64,000 nucleotides of DNA, taken from a virus (lineage: Duplodnaviria > Caudoviricetes). A program made the position numbers and the translations under genes. This document shows, in pieces, positions 58,299 through 64,000 of this stretch. The first letter of the stretch is position 1, and each line of letters starts with the position of its first letter. The stretch is from the IMG/VR virus record IMGVR_UViG_3300017909_003066, positions 45,043 through 109,042 of that record. The stretch is one strand, 5' to 3'. Below the pieces are notes generated by a model. It ran no database searches. It was not told where the DNA came from and saw nothing but the letters and a program-made list of their open reading frames with translations.

Positions 58299-58550
58299 AT
58301 GTTAGTATGGCAAAGAATAAAAAACTTTTGTTTAATGGCTGGTTATGCTCGAGCGGCATCCGAACTCGCTAGGGAAGGGTATATCGATGAAGCCAAAAAG
58401 TTAATGTTAGAAAAGGTCGCTTTATCTACAAAAAAGGGTAAAGCAATTCATAGACTAGAACATATCAAAAACGCCAAATCATCTTATGAGCCTGGCGATC
58501 ATTATATGAAAGGTAAGTCTGTAGCATTTTGGAAAGGAAAAGCGGCATGA
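58299..58550 (+). CDS. Small hypothetical protein
   Basis: GAGGAG RBS; GYARAASELAREGY..EAKKLM. Confidence 0.7.
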   Translation: MLVWQRIKNFCLMAGYARAASELAREGYIDEAKKLMLEKVALSTKKGKAIHRLEHIKNAKSSYEPGDHYMKGKSVAFWKGKAA

Positions 58551-58648
58551 TGAAATTTGTTGTTCCGTTTTTGTTTATCACAGGAATGTTAGGATTACTT
58601 TTTGGAGTAATGATGCTATCAATGATGAGATATGGAGGGATATTTTAA
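58547..58648 (+). CDS. 33 aa single-TM microprotein
   Basis: ATGA overlap; hydrophobic. Confidence 0.5.
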   Translation: MMKFVVPFLFITGMLGLLFGVMMLSMMRYGGIF

Positions 58649-58704
58649 TGTGGCCTTACACTGATGAAGAGAACGATTTTATAAGTTCAAAACCTAAGAA
58701 GTAA
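58648..58704 (+). CDS. 18 aa microprotein MWPYTDEENDF...
   Basis: TAATG overlap with GGAGG RBS. Confidence 0.4.
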   Translation: MWPYTDEENDFISSKPKK

Positions 58705-58716
58705 AAAATTTGTTAG

Positions 58717-58750
58717 TGGCGTAGCCGCCCGCCAAGATGACTACGCCACA
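58717..58750. terminator. GC-rich hairpin between convergent units
   Basis: GTGGCGTAG...CTACGCCAC. Confidence 0.6.
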
Positions 58751-58783
58751 ACTTTATTAAAGTTGTCCTATGTCTATTTCAGA

Positions 58784-59017
58784 TTATTTTTTTGTGAAAA
58801 TATGATATAGAACCCATATAGCAACTAATCCAACAAGTCCTTGTGCAGAGAATCCTGCAATAATTCCTTGTATGTTGCCTATGATATTAATGTTTGGCCA
58901 AAACGGAATGTTTTGCCCATTAAAAAGAACTTCTAGTACTACACCTAAAGCAATTAAACTTATACCTGCTTCAGTTAGAGCACTTGCCCATCCTTTTACC
59001 TTATTAAGAATGTCCAT
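58784..59017 (-). CDS. Small two-TM membrane protein
   Basis: GGAGG RBS; two hydrophobic helices. Confidence 0.75.
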   Translation of the reverse strand: MDILNKVKGWASALTEAGISLIALGVVLEVLFNGQNIPFWPNINIIGNIQGIIAGFSAQGLVGLVAIWVLYHIFTKK

Positions 59018-59206
59018 AATAGACCTCCTTTCTTTTACTAAACTGTCTTATTGACAGTAAGTTTATTTAGGTAGCAATTTACCAAAGATAAACTACCATA
59101 ATTGCTATTTGGTTATCAAACATTGAATTTTATATAGTTGACAATACTAAATAAGAATGTTATAGTAATATAACGTAAACACACATACACACAAAGGAGA
59201 AAAAGT

Positions 59207-59518
59207 ATGAACAAGACGTTTAAAGAAGGTATCGAAAAAGGTGCCGAACAACTAGCACAATCAGTGCGTGAAACACTTCCAAAAGTACAATTCAACAAGA
59301 ATGGCTATGAAATACGTACTCAAGTATTAGACATGGCTAAACATTTCACAGAGTTTGAATATTCAAGCAAATGGAATGGCTGGGAAATCACATCTAAACG
59401 TGATCCAGAGTCTGGAGAAATTGTAAACAAAGTTGGTATGCCAGAGATTCCTGGCGTAGATGATGTTTTAGAAACTGCTGAAAAGTTTTATAACTTCATC
59501 AACAATACAAAGAAATAA
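59207..59518 (+). CDS. Conserved phage hypothetical protein
   Basis: KNGYEIR..VL.MAK...P..DDVL..AEKFYNFI; sigma70 promoter and terminator. Confidence 0.75.
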   Translation: MNKTFKEGIEKGAEQLAQSVRETLPKVQFNKNGYEIRTQVLDMAKHFTEFEYSSKWNGWEITSKRDPESGEIVNKVGMPEIPGVDDVLETAEKFYNFINNTKK

Positions 59519-59531
59519 TTTTAAATGAAAG

Positions 59532-59560
59532 TAGGGCAGTAGAAATATTGCCCTATTTTT
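59532..59560. terminator. Probably bidirectional terminator
   Basis: TAGGGCAGTA...TATTGCCCTA followed by a T run. Confidence 0.7.
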
Positions 59561-60032
59561 ATGTCCAAGGTCTACCTGTAACTAATCCACCCGAGTTGGC
59601 ATTGTCAACCAAATTGCTGTTGTCGCCAGCGGCGTATAGTGTAGGTAAGTTTGTTTTTGTTTTCGTGTTCAATGCTCTGTAGTAGACAGCATTGGTATCA
59701 CCAGCCGCCAGACCTTTTCTTTTTGTGGTAGCAATTCTTAATTTTTCTTCCTGTCTCTGTCTTTTGAAACCGTTTGAGCCTGAGTATCTAGGAATGCAAT
59801 AAACAGAATCACCGTCAACCAAACCTGCGGCTGTTAGTGTGTCACTGCCATTGTTAGTTTGATTTATTGAAGGATCTTTTGTTGCGTGAATTTCTGCATA
59901 CATGGCAGTCACAATCTCTTGACCTTCCACAGCCTGAGCCAACGCAGTCAAACCATTCATAGTGGTTGAACCCATTGTGACCGTTAGATCAAATTGTACA
60001 CCTGTTAAACCTTTACACTTAATTGTCGCCAT
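59559..60032 (-). CDS. Late protein with N-terminal ubiquitin-like (beta-grasp) domain
   Basis: IKCKGLTGVQFDLTV...QAVEG...TL...GL.DGD aligns by eye with ubiquitin; TAAATA at 60051-60056. Confidence 0.55.
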   Translation of the reverse strand: MATIKCKGLTGVQFDLTVTMGSTTMNGLTALAQAVEGQEIVTAMYAEIHATKDPSINQTNNGSDTLTAAGLVDGDSVYCIPRYSGSNGFKRQRQEEKLRIATTKRKGLAAGDTNAVYYRALNTKTKTNLPTLYAAGDNSNLVDNANSGGLVTGRPWT

Positions 60033-60088
60033 TATATATTCTCCTAACAATATTTATGTTAAATAGTAGTGTCGCAAGGGAGGAAAGC

Positions 60089-60604
60089 ATGGCCGACACG
60101 TTAGTTCTTAACGCAGATGCAAAACCGTATAGTATATTACCTCTAAGTACAATAACATGGCAAGAATCAATTAAACACCTAGTAATGAACAGGGTCACTG
60201 TTCTTGAATGGTATGATGATTGGGTAGTAAGTTCACCTAGTTGGGAAACAAAAGTTCCTGCTGTTGTAATGGTAAAAGACTATATTAAAAAGAATAGCAG
60301 TGTAAGACTATCAAAATACAATGTATTTTTACGTGATCAGTTTGTGTGTCAATACTGTAACTTACAACTATCACACAAAAAACAGTGTACAATTGACCAT
60401 GTAATGCCTATCAGTCGGGGTGGTCGTAATACTTGGACAAATTGTGTTACTGCATGTGGCCCGTGTAATGTTGCCAAAGGCAATAAACTATATCCAAAAC
60501 CCAAACGCATACCAGTAAAACCAACCTATTACGATTTAGTAAAAAACAAAGAACTTCTAAATTTAAAACTCAAACATCAATCCTGGACTAATTACATCGT
60601 GTAA
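60089..60604 (+). CDS. HNH endonuclease (start MADTL)
   Basis: RDQFVCQYC, TIDHVMPISRGG, W.N.VTAC..CN..K. Confidence 0.9.
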   Translation: MADTLVLNADAKPYSILPLSTITWQESIKHLVMNRVTVLEWYDDWVVSSPSWETKVPAVVMVKDYIKKNSSVRLSKYNVFLRDQFVCQYCNLQLSHKKQCTIDHVMPISRGGRNTWTNCVTACGPCNVAKGNKLYPKPKRIPVKPTYYDLVKNKELLNLKLKHQSWTNYIV

Positions 60605-60626
60605 ATAGTATTAAGGAGTAATATAA

Positions 60627-60941
60627 ATGACATTAAGAATACAAGATTTACCTAGATTTAAAGATGACTGTGCTGATTATCAACGCAGAATTGAATCTAT
60701 TGTTAAAGAAGATCATAAAAGACAGGCAACAACGATGTATGAATCATTTTTGAATGCAGTTGCAACTATTGACAGAAGTGTTGAGAATCTTGCTAATAGT
60801 GGTCCAGTATTTGGAAACGAACATCAACTGTTGAGAGAAAACTTACAAACAACAAGATTAGATCTCGTAAGATGGTTGAAGAAACATTCTCCGTTAGAAA
60901 ACGAAAATCCTCTTCCATTAAACGAAAAAGAAAGCGCCTAG
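60627..60941 (+). CDS. Hypothetical helical protein
   Basis: AAGGAG RBS, TAAATA upstream. Confidence 0.7.
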   Translation: MTLRIQDLPRFKDDCADYQRRIESIVKEDHKRQATTMYESFLNAVATIDRSVENLANSGPVFGNEHQLLRENLQTTRLDLVRWLKKHSPLENENPLPLNEKESA

Positions 60942-60943
60942 TT

Positions 60944-61162
60944 CTATCTATATCTAAAGGTAATTCTACCTTTGCTTAGATCGTAAGGTGTCATTTCAAC
61001 CTTAACTTTATCACCCATCAAAACTCTAATTTTGTTTTGTTTCATTTTGCCATTAGCATAGGCAATGATCTCATGGCCACTTTCTAATTTGACCTTGTAC
61101 ATCTGATTGGGTAGGATATCTAAGCAGGTACCTTCAAACTCCATTAAGTCTGCTTTACTCAA
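60944..61162 (-). CDS. infA: Translation initiation factor IF-1
   Basis: EG...[36 protein letters not shown]. Confidence 0.95.
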   Translation of the reverse strand: MSKADLMEFEGTCLDILPNQMYKVKLESGHEIIAYANGKMKQNKIRVLMGDKVKVEMTPYDLSKGRITFRYR

Positions 61163-61923
61163 AAAAGTTTTGTCTCCACTTTATTCCAAAATTCAATACG
61201 AGCATTCATTGCCTCGATAGCAACTGCTTCTGCTTCAACATACGCAAGAGGGTCATTGCCACATAAGTTTTCAACTAATTTTGTAGCCATTGGTCCGTGT
61301 TCATCTCCGTCTAATTCTATATGCCTTTGTAGGTAATAGTGAAACTTCTTTGCTTCGTATGAATTAATATTAAGTTGTTGTAAAATTCCTGTGAACATTC
61401 CAGGAATCACCGCTTCTCTACCGAAGGTAAAAGCACTTGCAATAACATGTTTTTTACCTGTTTCGATAAATGAAAATGTTTTTTTCATAAAGTCAATACA
61501 GCATTCAGGCACATTAGGTGAATTGTCTAAAGCAAATTCAAGGCCTCTTGACTTTACTGTTTCTAAAAATTTTAATACAGGAGTAGTGTTTGCTCCAACT
61601 TCCATCATTGCTTGTAGGTATAAATCAAAATGAGAAATAGAGCCTCCGCCTAAATCTTTATCAGATTCTTCCCCCCAAATGATTTCATTAATGAGTCTTG
61701 CACTTTCATCTCGTGTATGTTCTTCTGGTAACCATAAGTCGCCACTAGGACAAACTCTATGTTGTAGTGCTTTTGCTAAACTCATAAAGTCCCATACAGG
61801 AAAAACATGATGTTCCATAAACACCCTAAGGTCTTCAATAGTTTGAATCATATTAGTAGACAGTAATGGGTGTGTGGTTAATTCTAATTGTTTAACTTCT
61901 ATATTCTTTAATGGTAGTTTCAT
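61159..61923 (-). CDS. DUF3050 heme-oxygenase-like diiron enzyme
   Basis: [42 protein letters not shown]. Confidence 0.85.
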   Translation of the reverse strand: MKLPLKNIEVKQLELTTHPLLSTNMIQTIEDLRVFMEHHVFPVWDFMSLAKALQHRVCPSGDLWLPEEHTRDESARLINEIIWGEESDKDLGGGSISHFDLYLQAMMEVGANTTPVLKFLETVKSRGLEFALDNSPNVPECCIDFMKKTFSFIETGKKHVIASAFTFGREAVIPGMFTGILQQLNINSYEAKKFHYYLQRHIELDGDEHGPMATKLVENLCGNDPLAYVEAEAVAIEAMNARIEFWNKVETKLF

Positions 61924-63367
61924 TTAATCCACTTCTTTCTAACTCTATGTCGCTTCCAAACAATACTTTTAGTGTTCCTCTTTGTATTGCTTTGTTCCAT
62001 ACTTTTTCGATTGCACAATTAGTTAAGAACACATAGTCTGGCACTGTGATAGGACAATTTGACTTGCATAATCTATAAACAGGACATACTTTACAGTGTT
62101 TATCATACCGTGTGTAATCTACCTTCTTAATAGTTACCTCTTCTATTGCAGATATCTTGCCACTAATAAAACTATCATCAACATGCGGACAAGTTCTTAC
62201 GTTACCTGCAACATCAACACTTAATACTTGATCATCATCTGCTCCGCACACTGTTGATATTGTTGGCAGTATTTGTTTTTTAAGTGTGTCTCCGTACCCT
62301 AGCACACTTCTTGGACCCGTATGAAAAAGATTATTGATCATTATACCATGATCTTTCAAACCATTTGTTTGTTCTATATTACATTCTATAAACTGATCCA
62401 TTATGTCTCTAAATGTTTTAAGGTTCGTGCCTTGTATTACATGTTCCATACTAACACTACCTTCGTGGTCTTCGTCAGCGTGAGCACGACCTAATGTATA
62501 ACTTATACTTACAAGATCAGGATTTAATCCTACTTCTATCATATAGTTTCTAAAGAAATTGTTTATGTCAAAAAGATTACAATTAGTTGCACTTACAACA
62601 GGATTAAAACTAAAACGAATTTTATCTCTATTTTTTTGCATGTTCTTAAGTACATCAACAGTAATTTTATCCCACAAAAATTCCTTACCACGTAAAGCAA
62701 CATGTCCTGGGCCATCATGACTGATACCAAACAATGCCATGCCTTGTATTTTTTCTAAATAATCAATATGTTTTTGTCTAAGTGGTGTACCGTTTGTAGC
62801 AAAGTAATATTCTAATCCAGGTCTATCAAGTGCTTCTATTATTGGCGTAATAGATTTCCAATAAAGTAAAGTTTCACCTCCCCAAAAATCAACTCTTTCT
62901 AGTTCACTAAAATCTAATTCTGTACCAATAGTTTCTAAGAAATAATCAAGTGTCCATATTTTTGCACGTTCATCTGGATTACCAATATCTTTTTGTAAAC
63001 AGTATGAACAACTGTAATTACAAGCATGACCTAAAAGTATTCTTAACCACTTTGGTTTCCTACTTTTAGTTTTCTTTTTGACATGTCCTGTTGCTTCTTC
63101 CCAAACAGCATCTGGCTCTGTTACATCACTTAAAGGATCAAGTTTATCTGAATAAAGTCCGTTGGTGTAATTACTATACACAACTTTTTGTCCTGTATTT
63201 TTTATATTGAATACAGTGTATGGACCGTCGTCTATTACTCTTTGCGTACCATCTACTATACTTGATACTTCTCTAGTTATATCTCCATCATCTATAAGAT
63301 GCACAACATCCTGAGCAGAATTTTTTAGTTGTACTAAAGGAATAATCTTGTCATCAATCTTATCCAT
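61892..63367 (-). CDS. Radical SAM protein with SPASM-type C-terminal domain
   Basis: CNYSCSYC, FWGGE, TNG; CGA...CP...CKVC.....C...CP...C. Confidence 0.9.
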   Translation of the reverse strand: MDKIDDKIIPLVQLKNSAQDVVHLIDDGDITREVSSIVDGTQRVIDDGPYTVFNIKNTGQKVVYSNYTNGLYSDKLDPLSDVTEPDAVWEEATGHVKKKTKSRKPKWLRILLGHACNYSCSYCLQKDIGNPDERAKIWTLDYFLETIGTELDFSELERVDFWGGETLLYWKSITPIIEALDRPGLEYYFATNGTPLRQKHIDYLEKIQGMALFGISHDGPGHVALRGKEFLWDKITVDVLKNMQKNRDKIRFSFNPVVSATNCNLFDINNFFRNYMIEVGLNPDLVSISYTLGRAHADEDHEGSVSMEHVIQGTNLKTFRDIMDQFIECNIEQTNGLKDHGIMINNLFHTGPRSVLGYGDTLKKQILPTISTVCGADDDQVLSVDVAGNVRTCPHVDDSFISGKISAIEEVTIKKVDYTRYDKHCKVCPVYRLCKSNCPITVPDYVFLTNCAIEKVWNKAIQRGTLKVLFGSDIELERSGLNETTIKEYRS

Positions 63368-63995
63368 TGTTTACCTCTATTAATGGTATAACACCTTTAG
63401 AACTATTTTTCAATAATCCATAATCAGTCGTTGTCCAACCTGCTTGTATTAGTTTATGATAATATCTGTGTTTAGCATTTAGCATATCAATTGGTATAAA
63501 AGTATACTCCTCATTTACTTTAACATTGTTGGCAACAAATCTATAGTAATCAAAATAGTTTTTGCCTGCACCGTCATCAGGTATTAATCCATTTTCATAT
63601 TTGGTTGCCCAATTATTATATAATTCAACTTTACCTTTTATCATACTACTTAAATGTTTTTCAGTATCAAAGTTTGTAAACTGGTAGTACGGTTCATTAA
63701 CTGTATCGATTGAATTTATCAAAGTCAAAAAGAATCCATCGTTCATTAGATAGTTACTTTCTCTACACACAGGGTAGACATCACTATCAAAACTTGCTAT
63801 ATGCTTTGCTTGTGGTATCTCGCTTTCAAGTTCCGTTGTGTTTTGTTTAAAATTATGATGTGAACAGTTATAGACAATATCAGTATTCTTTTGCCATTCT
63901 ATTAGAGAATTAACTGCCATGCTTTCAGGTTTAGTTAATATAAACTTCAGTTTATTAATACCGTTCCTGTTGTTTAATTCTTCTAACTTGTACAT
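63360..63995 (-). CDS. Hypothetical protein coupled to the radical SAM gene
   Basis: 211 aa ORF overlapping the rSAM start; at the window edge. Confidence 0.6.
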   Translation of the reverse strand: MYKLEELNNRNGINKLKFILTKPESMAVNSLIEWQKNTDIVYNCSHHNFKQNTTELESEIPQAKHIASFDSDVYPVCRESNYLMNDGFFLTLINSIDTVNEPYYQFTNFDTEKHLSSMIKGKVELYNNWATKYENGLIPDDGAGKNYFDYYRFVANNVKVNEEYTFIPIDMLNAKHRYYHKLIQAGWTTTDYGLLKNSSKGVIPLIEVNNG

Positions 63996-64000
63996 AACAT

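Noticed and set aside
60089-60604. HNH gene as a mobile intron or homing element
   Set aside because: Free-standing, with no interrupted gene or intron structure visible around it

Overview
This AT-rich 64 kb window is from a large, lytic-looking myovirus-type (T4-like or jumbo) phage, probably marine and infecting an alphaproteobacterium. The host call rests on an alpha-type two-piece tmRNA, a Shemin-pathway hemA, hemO-pcyX and a ROSE-like thermometer. Most genes are on the minus strand, preceded by sigma70-like (TTGACA-N17-TATAxT) or T4-late-like TAAATA promoters. Contents: six tRNAs (three with unusual features); a circularly permuted tmRNA with a protein gene inside its intervening segment; ClpP, ClpX, ClpS, Hsp20, bS21 and IF-1; nucleotide genes nrdA, nrdB, grx, guaC and prs; a heme/bilin island (hemA, ybaN, hemO, pcyX); alkB and a lipase; virion genes (PAAR, fibre and beta-helix proteins, probable head-internal proteins); and a radical SAM/SPASM plus DUF3050 pair. 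The most striking locus is csgF-csgG-curlin-FecR-curlin-membrane protein-CHASE2 adenylate cyclase, with a divergent Fis-type regulator, which looks like a phage-encoded trans-envelope cAMP signalling system. Other highlights are a ubiquitin-like domain protein, a structured leader driving a microprotein operon, and several unexplained RNA motifs. All calls come from motif recognition by eye; no database searches were run.
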